From assembly GCA_051003195.1 (NCBI GenBank), contig JBPCLP010000047.1, positions 64,001 to 128,000 of the forward strand: DNA of 64,000 bases, in the 5' to 3' direction. The notes under the pieces are model-generated. The model was given only the letters and a program-made list of their open reading frames with translations, did not search any database and had not been told where the DNA came from. The translations under genes and the position numbers were made by a program. This document shows, piece by piece, positions 1 through 8,657 of this stretch. This DNA is from Candidatus Sumerlaeaceae bacterium. Its GTDB lineage: Bacteria > Sumerlaeota > Sumerlaeia > Sumerlaeales > Sumerlaeaceae. Within the stretch, counting starts at the first letter, position 1, and each line of letters begins with the position of its first letter.

Positions 1-2
1 TC

Positions 3-329
3 GCGGTGCTGCGGGTTGCCACGCGACTGGCCGAGATCGATGGCCTGACTTCCGTCACGTCTCAGAAGATGCTCGTACCCGCGTATTTACCGCACGAATT
101 TATGGACCCGGCGAACGGCGCGCCGTACCAGTGGCACGCACCTACGCGCCAGTTTTACGGTGTGGGGCCCGATCGAATGGACGATAAGCTTGCCGTTCAT
201 TATGAGTCTTATACCCAGCTCGGTGATGTCGCCGTTCCGGGGCCTCTGCCTGCAGTTCCAGCCTATACACCATCGTCCGGCGCTTTCTACCACTACGGTA
301 AATTCTCCTATTTTCCTCCGGGGCTGTAA
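3..329 (+). CDS. 5'-truncated hypothetical protein; C-terminus resembles pseudopilin/GspG-like head domains
   Basis: Frame is open to the window edge. Motif LVPAYL...DPANGAPYQW...YGVGPDRMDD resembles the SDGPDRDED motif of the pilin-like protein at 8658-9233. Confidence 0.55.
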   Translation, partial: AVLRVATRLAEIDGLTSVTSQKMLVPAYLPHEFMDPANGAPYQWHAPTRQFYGVGPDRMDDKLAVHYESYTQLGDVAVPGPLPAVPAYTPSSGAFYHYGKFSYFPPGL

Positions 330-371
330 GCTTTGCCGGAATTCAGGTTTGAGAGGACAGGTTACGGAGTT

Positions 372-401
372 GCCCCCAGATCTCCGCCCCCAGATCTCCG
401 C
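372..401. repeat. 14-bp tandem repeat (GCCCCCAGATCTCC x2 plus GC)
   Basis: Exact copies at 372-385 and 386-399, between convergent stop codons. Confidence 0.9.
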
Positions 402-1913
402 TTACGGCGTGCCCAGGAACTTCTGGGGTGCGACGATCGAGCCTGCGCCCGAGGTGCACCCGATTGCGATGCCAGTCTCTAGAGCAATAGAACCACCGCC
501 TGCGCCGTTCGTTGCGGTGCACATGTTCGCCAATCTGGTAGCATAGATACCGTAGTTACCCGCTCCTCCGGACAAGGTGTAACCTTCGCAATTATCCGCC
601 AGGGTGGTCGCGAAAATTCCTGTGCCGGTGTCACTGAAGCCGAAAGTTCCTTTGGTGATGGGAGCGACAACGCCAATTCCGGAACCGGAGCGACCTAAGC
701 ATCCGACTGCCAAATAATTGGATAACAGGCCGGCAGCTGAGACGCTTATTCCCGTACAGTTTGTTGCGCCGGAGAATGCATTGAGCCCCTGTCCTGTCTC
801 GCTCTGACCCTTGCAACTTGTCGCGGTGCCATCGGTGTACAGTCCTGTTGCTGCGACAGAATTGCCGACCGAATTGGATGCGCCGGTAGTAGCGTATACT
901 CCCGTTCCCATGCGGCCTGCGCCCATCGAGTCGTTAACAACCAGCGCATAAATCGCGACGTTACCGCACTCGACCGCAATGCAAGATCGTGCCGTGCCCG
1001 CCGATATGCCTACCTGGCCCGCCATCCGTACGCTGCAGTTTTCCACTACATTGGACGCCGGCGTGGAAAGGGCGATGCCGTTGCCGGCGCATCCTTCTAC
1101 TTTCACTCGAGATACCTCGACGCTGGTCGGAGGGCCAGCGGTCTCACTTATCCCGTCGACAAAGCCGGCACCCGTCACCGCAGTTCCCGTCGGCCCTGTA
1201 AAGGTGACCTGCCCGCGGATATTGCCATTCCGGATTGAGATATTGGCGATACTTCCCGTGATCTGTATGCCGACGCCGGCCGCTGGATTAGCCGTCGACG
1301 AGATTGTAAAGCCGTTCATGTCGAGTGTGACGCCGCTGGTGAGGATGTTGATCGCGTTGCCGCTGGCCACGGTTATGTTTCCCGCCAGGTAATACGAACC
1401 CGGCTGGCTGATGACGTAAGGCGTTGTAAAGGCTGGCGCGGCGGGGCTGATGACTGTGCGCAGGTCGCCGTTGGCTGCATGCAGCGCCTCCAGTGCGACG
1501 CTGGCGGTTGTGGCTTCCCCGGCAACGATTGCAAAGGGTACCGGCTCGATGCGCGAGCGGGGCAGATTGACGTTCCCGTCCACGGAGAACTGCAGATAAA
1601 AGTCTGCGTCTGTCGCAAAAACGCTTCGTGAGAGAACCGCACCGACGGGCGTGCCTGTGCCCACCACGTGGCTCAACACTCCGCTTGTCAGAGTCTTGGT
1701 CGCGGTTTCCTCGTAGCGCAAAGTGCCCGAGCCTGCGCCGGCCGCGGTGCCGCCCTCGTAAAGTCGAAAGATGCAGGCATGGCTGCCCGTCAGCGGCGCG
1801 CCCAGGTTGTCGGTCAATTTCGCCTGGAAATTAAACCGCGGCGGCTGCGCCGCGGTGGCCAGAAAACAAGAGGTGGCAATTGCCATGATAAGCAGGAAAT
1901 GTAAGAGGCGCAT
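402..1913 (-). CDS. Secreted right-handed parallel beta-helix repeat protein (~503 aa)
   Basis: Start re-called at ATG 1913 (AGAAAGG RBS, signal peptide MRLLHFLLIMAIATSCFLATAA). Contains an FNFQAKLTD..GAPL N-terminal domain, an ISQPGSYYLAGNI..GVTLDMNGFTI beta-helix entry and ~20-aa G/S/C repeats. Confidence 0.75.
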   Translation of the reverse strand: MRLLHFLLIMAIATSCFLATAAQPPRFNFQAKLTDNLGAPLTGSHACIFRLYEGGTAAGAGSGTLRYEETATKTLTSGVLSHVVGTGTPVGAVLSRSVFATDADFYLQFSVDGNVNLPRSRIEPVPFAIVAGEATTASVALEALHAANGDLRTVISPAAPAFTTPYVISQPGSYYLAGNITVASGNAINILTSGVTLDMNGFTISSTANPAAGVGIQITGSIANISIRNGNIRGQVTFTGPTGTAVTGAGFVDGISETAGPPTSVEVSRVKVEGCAGNGIALSTPASNVVENCSVRMAGQVGISAGTARSCIAVECGNVAIYALVVNDSMGAGRMGTGVYATTGASNSVGNSVAATGLYTDGTATSCKGQSETGQGLNAFSGATNCTGISVSAAGLLSNYLAVGCLGRSGSGIGVVAPITKGTFGFSDTGTGIFATTLADNCEGYTLSGGAGNYGIYATRLANMCTATNGAGGGSIALETGIAIGCTSGAGSIVAPQKFLGTP

Positions 1914-2133
1914 AAGGTGGCCTTTCTGCCACGGAATAATGCACCAAACCCAATTCGAGACAAATAAGCAAGCTATTATCCCGCGTGGCAGATTGGGGAG
2001 GAATTTACGGTGACAGCCCCACACGCGCTTCAAAACAAAAGGGTTCAACAGCCCCACAGAACTGATCCGTCTAAACTTCAGCGAATCGATCTGGTGCTTG
2101 CTTTGCACGCAACTCGCTTCCGCAATGTTTGTT

Positions 2134-3657
2134 ATGAACAGTGAAATTAAACCCCAGGCTGCCGACGCGACCTTTGCGCAATTCGATCTTTCGCCGCAGG
2201 TAATGCGCGGTGTCGAGGAGGCCGGCTTTACCACGCCAAGCCCCATTCAGTTGCGGGCGATTCCGGTCATCATGGCGGGCCGCGACATGATCGGCCAGGC
2301 GCACACCGGGACTGGCAAGACCGCAGCGTTTGGCCTGCCCGCTTTGCACATGCTTCGCAACACCGGTAAGGTTGAAGTCCTCGTCGTTACTCCCACGCGC
2401 GAACTGTGCAACCAGGTCAGCGAGGAAATCTACCGCCTGGGCAAGTTTCGCAGCGTCCGCACGGTGCCCATCTACGGCGGACAGCCCTACGCGCGCCAGA
2501 TCGAAAGCGTGCGCCGCGGCGGCCAGATCGTTGTCGCTACGCCAGGCCGGCTGCTCGACCTCCTCGAAGGTGGACGCCTTAAGGACCAGTTCCAGCCGTG
2601 GCTCGTTGTTTTGGATGAGGCGGACGAAATGCTCGACATGGGCTTCTTCGAGGATGTGCAGAAGATTTTCGATTACCTGCCGGAGGAGCGCCAGACTCTC
2701 CTGTTCTCGGCCACCGTGCCAAAGCCCATCCAGGACCTGGCTGCGAAAATACTAAAGTCGCCGGAAGTGATACGCGTCGACCAGTCGCAGCCCACGAGCA
2801 GCGATATTGAGCAGCATTACTATGTGATCGACGAGCACGAGCGCGACGATGCCACGGTGCGCCTGATCGACAGCCTGGAACCGGGCAAAGCGATCATCTT
2901 CTGCCGTACCAAGAGCGAGGTGGACCGCCTCTCGACTTCACTGGCAGCCCGCGGGCAACTGGCCAAGGGCCTGCACGGCGACATGGATCAGCCGGTACGT
3001 GAGCGCGTCATCGGCGAATTCCGGACGGGCGATTTCACAACTCTCGTTGCCACCGACGTAGCTGCGCGTGGTCTTGATGTGGCCGATGTCACGCACGTCT
3101 TCAACTACCACATTCCGTTCGATACCGAGAGCTACGTGCACCGAATCGGCCGCACCGGACGCGCGGGCAAAAAGGGCGTCGCCGTTACGCTGGTCACGCC
3201 GCACGAGTACCATGGCCTGCGCCGGATCCAGGGCAAGGTCGGCAGAATGCAGCAGCGGTTTATTCCCAGCCATACGGAGCTCAAGAAAGCCAGCGAGCGC
3301 AAGCTGCTGGATGCCATTCGCGGCCAGCATGCCGACGGCAACGCCGAGCGCCTGCTGGATGCACTGGAGAAAGAGTTCGGTCTTCCCGAAACAGCGCATC
3401 GGCTTCTGGCGATGCTGATGCAGCAGAGCGAAGTCCGTGGCCCCGACCGCATCGGAGTGCAGGGCACGCGTCTGGAGCGATTGCAAAACCCGCCCGCGAA
3501 AACCGGAAAGCCGGGATTTAAAGGTAAAGGTCCGTTCAAAGGCAAACCGGGCGGCTTCGGCGGAAAGCCGGGAGGTTTTAAGAAAGATCGTTTCGGCGGA
3601 AAACCCGGCGGTTTCAAAAAAGCGGGCCCGGCCAAGCCGAAGAAGAGTCGCGGCTGA
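2134..3657 (+). CDS. DEAD-box ATP-dependent RNA helicase (DeaD/CshA-like)
   Basis: Q motif, GTGKT, PTRELC, TPGRLLD, DEAD, SAT, ARGLD and HRIGRTGRAG motifs. Start could be ATG 2125 or 2134. Confidence 0.95.
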   Translation: MNSEIKPQAADATFAQFDLSPQVMRGVEEAGFTTPSPIQLRAIPVIMAGRDMIGQAHTGTGKTAAFGLPALHMLRNTGKVEVLVVTPTRELCNQVSEEIYRLGKFRSVRTVPIYGGQPYARQIESVRRGGQIVVATPGRLLDLLEGGRLKDQFQPWLVVLDEADEMLDMGFFEDVQKIFDYLPEERQTLLFSATVPKPIQDLAAKILKSPEVIRVDQSQPTSSDIEQHYYVIDEHERDDATVRLIDSLEPGKAIIFCRTKSEVDRLSTSLAARGQLAKGLHGDMDQPVRERVIGEFRTGDFTTLVATDVAARGLDVADVTHVFNYHIPFDTESYVHRIGRTGRAGKKGVAVTLVTPHEYHGLRRIQGKVGRMQQRFIPSHTELKKASERKLLDAIRGQHADGNAERLLDALEKEFGLPETAHRLLAMLMQQSEVRGPDRIGVQGTRLERLQNPPAKTGKPGFKGKGPFKGKPGGFGGKPGGFKKDRFGGKPGGFKKAGPAKPKKSRG

Positions 3658-3692
3658 TGCGCCGCACGGACTGCAATTGGTTCCGTGGGGCA

Positions 3693-3725
3693 TATAGGTC
3701 CTATAAGTCCTATTAGGACCCATTA
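3693..3725. repeat. 9-nt periodic palindromic repeat (ATAGGTCCT/ATAAGTCCT/ATTAGGACC)
   Basis: TATAGG-T-CCTATA (3693-3705) and GTCCTA-T-TAGGAC (3707-3719) palindromes in the intergenic gap. Confidence 0.7.
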
Positions 3726-3737
3726 AGCTATCAGGCC

Positions 3738-4685
3738 ATGATACTCGGCTATTCGTTCATCCTGCTGGCGGCGCTGTGCTGGGGCGCGTCCGGTATTATT
3801 GGCAAATACTGGGGCACGGTGGGCGTCGCCGATGCGCTGCTTCTCTCGCAGGCGCGCGTGACCTTTGCATGGCTGGTGCTGTTCATTGGGCTGGTGTTGT
3901 TTGGTCGGCGGCACTTGCGGATTTCATTCCGCGAATTGCTGCGGTTCGCTTTGCTTGGATTGATCGGCGTCGCCGGAGCTAATTTCATGCTCTACTTCGC
4001 GATCAATCGGATGAATGTCGCGGTCGCCGATCTCATCCAGTTCACTGCACCGCTGCTCGTGGCGCTTTACCTGTCGGCGCGCGGAATCGAGAGAATGGAT
4101 CTGCCGAAGGTGCTCGCGCTGGCGCTGTCCCTCATCGGCAGCGGCCTGGCGCTTGGCGTGGTGAACGGCTCGTTCAACCTGCCTGCCATCGCAGTTGCTT
4201 CCGCGTTCGCCAGCGCCTTATGCTATGGCTTTCTCATCGTGTTCGGCAAAGGGCTCACGCGCGACTACTCCATGTGGACGTTTCTCCACTACGCGCTGCT
4301 CACCGCCACGCTGTTCTGGTTGTGCATTACGCCACCGATGGAGTTCGTGCAGCATTTGAAGGAGCCGGCCGAACTCGCGCGCCTCTTCGGGTTCGGCATG
4401 CTATCGATTCTGCTGCCCTACGTGTTCTTCTTCTCAGGTTTGAAGCGGGTACCCGCCAGCCGGGCAGGTATCGTCAGCACCTTCGAACCGGTCGTAATGG
4501 CGGTTGGGTCATGGCTAGTGCTGGGTGATCCGCTAAGCAGATGGCAGGTCGTCGGCGTGGCGCTGGTACTCGCGGCAATCGCGGTAGTGGAGATGACGAG
4601 CAAGGCGATGTTTGGCGACGAGAGTGACCCTGGTAAGGAGCAGGAGGAAATGAACCACAGAGACATAGAGGCACAGAGAGCGTAG
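3738..4685 (+). CDS. DMT/EamA family transporter
   Basis: About 10 hydrophobic segments in two EamA repeats (LCWG.., QFTAPLLV, STFEPV, LGDPLS.WQVVG). Confidence 0.92.
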   Translation: MILGYSFILLAALCWGASGIIGKYWGTVGVADALLLSQARVTFAWLVLFIGLVLFGRRHLRISFRELLRFALLGLIGVAGANFMLYFAINRMNVAVADLIQFTAPLLVALYLSARGIERMDLPKVLALALSLIGSGLALGVVNGSFNLPAIAVASAFASALCYGFLIVFGKGLTRDYSMWTFLHYALLTATLFWLCITPPMEFVQHLKEPAELARLFGFGMLSILLPYVFFFSGLKRVPASRAGIVSTFEPVVMAVGSWLVLGDPLSRWQVVGVALVLAAIAVVEMTSKAMFGDESDPGKEQEEMNHRDIEAQRA

Positions 4686-4713
4686 AGGAAAGAGGCGAAG
4701 GCTTTTACCGCCA

Positions 4714-7700
4714 TCAGTACAGCTCGAAGTTGCTGATTCCCGTGATTACCGCTGTGTTCGTGTCGACAACCACATTGTCCACCCAGGTACCCTCGGTGTT
4801 CGCGGAGCTCGGAAGACCGGTGTGCTGTTCACGGAAACCGACCGTGACGCCGCCGGACGTATTATACGTACCTGCAGGAATGGTTCCGTTGTAGAGTAGC
4901 GTCGTGTCATTGATCGCAGCATATAGCCTGTTATTCGGAACGTCGAAGATCAGGCGGAACTTCATCCATGTGCTTGGCGTTGGTGTTGCGGAGCCAAGCT
5001 CTGTCAATACGCTTGAGCCGGGGCCGGTGTTAAGCGACGGTGAACCACTTACCGCGAAGAACTTTACTGTGTCCGCATGAGAGGCGAGCGCACCATTTTC
5101 GAGAGGTGCGCTGCCGCCGAGCGGACCGTTCTGGTATTCGAGGTAAAAACCATTCTCGATACCGCCGCCGGCAGCATCCTGAAACCACGCGGACTCGCAG
5201 CGCGTGGCTATGCCGACACCCGTCGACCAGGCGTTGGAACCGAGCGTTTGCGGAATCCATAGGCGACCCGAAAAGTTCAGCTGGTTAAAAGCGCCCGGCA
5301 GGAAGTTGACGTCGCCGCCCCCCGTGTTGTCCACCACCTCGAGCGCGTTAGTTATTACCCCGGCCGCGACATCGGTCGGTGGTTTTCCTGCAGCACCCAG
5401 CGTTGCGGTGCGCACCGGCGTCGCAAAGCCAAAGTGCCAGGCACTATTTGCGCCCGAGTCGAAGTTATCTGAGAATGGCAGGGTAACACCGCCGCTGTTC
5501 GCCGAGCCGGGAGACGCTACGATGAATTCGAAATCCCGGACATTACTCCCGGTATCGACTCCATTCGGCAGTCGCCCAATCGTGGAGCTGCCAGCTGTGC
5601 CGAGGGCGCGCGAAGTAGATCGTCCCACCCCCCCTTCGGCAGTACCGTGGGCAAAGTCTGCGCCCCCTGTCATGGTGGCGTCCGCGCGGTAGCAAACGGA
5701 ATCGACCCGCTGGCCGAAAGAGTCACGCAGCACAACCGCTGCTGGAGGTCCGTCGCTCACCAGGTTGTTGAGATTCACGTTCTGATCGACGGCACCCGGG
5801 AACACGGCATCGATCGTCGTCTGGTTGCCGATCACATAATACCCGCCTGCAATAAGCGATGTAGATGCCGGGATGCTGATCGGCCCAGGGGAATAGCTGA
5901 CTCCGCTACTGTTTACCAGCACCACCTGGTAATTACTGATGTCGATCGCGCTGCCGGTAGAGTTGACCAGCTCGACGAATTCACCCACGTCCGACGCAGC
6001 GCCGTAGTTGTCATACATGAGTTCGTTAATTACCAGGCCTGTCGGCGGAGCTGGCGGCGGTGCCGCGCTGACGACGTACAGATTCAGGTCGCTGTCGCGT
6101 GTTGCGGGAGTACCTGCGCTGTCGGTCACGCGTACGGGAACGATATATATTCCAGCGGCAGGGGGCGTGCCGGATAATACGCCGGCGGGACTCAGGCTGA
6201 GCCACGCGGGTGGCGTTGACCCGGGTCGGTACGTGAATGTTCGCGGGGATGTGCCACCGGAAGCGCGCAACGTGCGGTTGTAAGACACACCCGGAGCGCC
6301 CTGCGGCAAGCCCACCGTGTTCAATGTCAATGCGCTGCCATTGAGGATCCAATTGTCCGGATCGATATCCATTTCCAGCGGATAGGATGTGCTCGTATTC
6401 AGGGTCGTGGTATTTGTACTCGTCGAATTCGGCACCACGCTTATCCACTGATTGTTGTTGGCGTCGGTAAACTGCACGTCGATCGGCATATTGTACGGCA
6501 GACCGGATTGGGTTTGGTTAATGGCAAGGCTCACCTGGGTTGTGGTACCGCTCGTCATGTTGCCATGCGCCCCGTACACAGGCTGGTTTGAATAGATTCC
6601 GCCGCTGAAACCACTGAGCCATTGTGTGAAGAACGGGGCCAGCGATCCGGCGGACAATCCCGCAGCGCCTTCGCACACGGACTGGAAATCCACCGGCGTA
6701 CCAGGCGGCTGACTCGTGGATGTCGTGTATCCCGTCGCGACATAATTACGCAGCGCCTGGAAGAAGATTGCATCTCCCAGCACGTGCCGCAGCATGTGCA
6801 GCACCCATGCACCTTTGCGGTAAACCACTGAGCCGGCAAAGTCGTCGCCATTGCTGTTTACCACCGGCGTTCCAGTGCTGATCGACCCGGCTGGGCTTGG
6901 GGGCGTGACGAAATTATTATTCACGTAGGCTGCGTAGGTACCATAAACTCCAAACTGTTCCGTCACCAGCGCTTCGCAATATGTCGCGAAGCCTTCATTC
7001 AGCCACACGTGATCCCAGTTCGAACACGTGACTTTATCACCAAACCACTGGTGCGCCAGCTCGTGCACGTTGCGGCGAGTGAACCCATTGCCCACGCCCG
7101 CCGTCGAACCCTCCGGCATACCCGTGCAGGTCTGGTGCTCGATGCCAAACGTAAGGTTCCACGTTGCCGTCTGGTATTTTTCATTCACGAACGGGTATTC
7201 ACCGAATTTATCGCGGTAGAAATTCATCACCTGCAAAGTCCCCAGGTGGCCATTGCCTTCGGTTCCCAGGTTCTCCGGGTAAAGGTAATGTCCTACCGGC
7301 ATCGTCGTTACTGTGTCGAGCGCGGTATACGTGGTGGTTACGAGCGTGTAGTTGCTGACGTATAGCGCAAGCAGGTAGGTGGCAATCGGGTAGGAGTTCA
7401 CCCACACGTGCGTATCGGTGCCGTCGCCGTTATTGGTAACAGAAGCGAGTTTTCCATTCGAAATCGCGGTCAGCGCGTATCCGAGATTGTTCGGAACGAT
7501 GAGGCGCTGTATGGACGTGGTCGCCTTATCCGCAGGCGTATCTTTGCAGGGCAGCCAGCGGCGGGTGCCATACGGCTGGCTTGCGGTGTAAACAACGGGG
7601 TAAACTGGCGAAGTGCCGACGTGCGTCTCCGCTGTATATGCAGGCGGACCACCAAAGATCTGTTTCGGAAATATGTCGTTCGGATATCCGCTGTAATTCA

Positions 7701-8535
7701 CCCGCAGGGTGAACTCGGTGTTGGACGAGATCGGGGCTGGCAGTGTGATGAGAAGAAGGTTGTTCGCGGTATCTGTGCTGAAGGTGAGATTGCCAGTGGA
7801 CGGTCCCTGATCGATGCTGCTGATGACCATGCCACTGGGTGCGCCATTGCCGTCGGGGTTCCCGCCAGTGTTCATGTCGAAATCGACGACGAACTGGCTG
7901 AAGCTGTTGATGAGTGCTTTGGCGCGAATGGTTACCGAAGAGCCGGCCAGCAATCGTGAAGAAAACATATCCGGCTTCCACGTGCAGTCGTACGAAAGAA
8001 TATCGTAGTTGTTGAGGCGTGAATCGATCGGAAGTTGTTTTGTCACGGCACGTCGCGCGTCTTCGGGCCGATCGTCAAAGGCCTCGGCAAAATGCGCCTC
8101 TTCGCTCGTCCCATCCAGTGTGAACATCATCGTTCCGGCCCACGGAAGCGAAGCACCGCTCGGTCGCTCCAGGTCAATATGGTTAGTGCCCGATTTCAGG
8201 TACATCGGATCGACCAGGAACAGCATCCCATCCTGGCGCGCGAGGGGCAGCGTGTTCAGCTTGCGCCCGTTGATCCGCAGCACCGACTTCTCCAGTGGCG
8301 TCGCCAGCAGTCCGTACACGCGTGCCGCATTTTGGACGCTTAGATCGGCGTGCAGATGCAACTCACTCGACGGGGCAACTGCCGTTTCCGTTCCGGAGAG
8401 CGTGTTGTCCGCAGTCACAAGAAATGGCGTGTAACGCCCTGTGATATCAATGGGAGCTGCGGTGGTGGTGGCGAGATGGAGGAGCAGTGTCAGCGTGAAA
8501 AGAGCTTCCGCAATCCTGCGGACGCGGTTGGGCAT
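4714..8535 (-). CDS. Secreted M1 family metalloaminopeptidase with putative Ig domain, lamin-tail domain and C-terminal beta-sandwich
   Basis: Signal peptide; HELAHQWFGD...WLNEGFATY zinc motif; VYRKGAWVLHMLR; ASGGTSP..PAWLSLSPAGVLSGTP Ig-like repeat; LVINELMYD..EFVELVN..IDISNY lamin-tail domain. Confidence 0.9.
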   Translation of the reverse strand: MPNRVRRIAEALFTLTLLLHLATTTAAPIDITGRYTPFLVTADNTLSGTETAVAPSSELHLHADLSVQNAARVYGLLATPLEKSVLRINGRKLNTLPLARQDGMLFLVDPMYLKSGTNHIDLERPSGASLPWAGTMMFTLDGTSEEAHFAEAFDDRPEDARRAVTKQLPIDSRLNNYDILSYDCTWKPDMFSSRLLAGSSVTIRAKALINSFSQFVVDFDMNTGGNPDGNGAPSGMVISSIDQGPSTGNLTFSTDTANNLLLITLPAPISSNTEFTLRVNYSGYPNDIFPKQIFGGPPAYTAETHVGTSPVYPVVYTASQPYGTRRWLPCKDTPADKATTSIQRLIVPNNLGYALTAISNGKLASVTNNGDGTDTHVWVNSYPIATYLLALYVSNYTLVTTTYTALDTVTTMPVGHYLYPENLGTEGNGHLGTLQVMNFYRDKFGEYPFVNEKYQTATWNLTFGIEHQTCTGMPEGSTAGVGNGFTRRNVHELAHQWFGDKVTCSNWDHVWLNEGFATYCEALVTEQFGVYGTYAAYVNNNFVTPPSPAGSISTGTPVVNSNGDDFAGSVVYRKGAWVLHMLRHVLGDAIFFQALRNYVATGYTTSTSQPPGTPVDFQSVCEGAAGLSAGSLAPFFTQWLSGFSGGIYSNQPVYGAHGNMTSGTTTQVSLAINQTQSGLPYNMPIDVQFTDANNNQWISVVPNSTSTNTTTLNTSTSYPLEMDIDPDNWILNGSALTLNTVGLPQGAPGVSYNRTLRASGGTSPRTFTYRPGSTPPAWLSLSPAGVLSGTPPAAGIYIVPVRVTDSAGTPATRDSDLNLYVVSAAPPPAPPTGLVINELMYDNYGAASDVGEFVELVNSTGSAIDISNYQVVLVNSSGVSYSPGPISIPASTSLIAGGYYVIGNQTTIDAVFPGAVDQNVNLNNLVSDGPPAAVVLRDSFGQRVDSVCYRADATMTGGADFAHGTAEGGVGRSTSRALGTAGSSTIGRLPNGVDTGSNVRDFEFIVASPGSANSGGVTLPFSDNFDSGANSAWHFGFATPVRTATLGAAGKPPTDVAAGVITNALEVVDNTGGGDVNFLPGAFNQLNFSGRLWIPQTLGSNAWSTGVGIATRCESAWFQDAAGGGIENGFYLEYQNGPLGGSAPLENGALASHADTVKFFAVSGSPSLNTGPGSSVLTELGSATPTPSTWMKFRLIFDVPNNRLYAAINDTTLLYNGTIPAGTYNTSGGVTVGFREQHTGLPSSANTEGTWVDNVVVDTNTAVITGISNFELY

Positions 8536-8657
8536 GGGTTTCTCCGGAAGTAATAGCGAAAGTGGCCCGTGCCACCTGAGCAGTTTATAGCAACGCAGAG
8601 GCCTTCACCCGGCAAGCAAAAAAGGACAGTTTGTCGTAGCACACTACCCACTAACCA

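Noticed and set aside
1914..2246. N-terminal 111 aa of the 614-aa ORF
   Set aside because: It overlaps the divergent helicase; the RBS and signal peptide point to ATG 1913.
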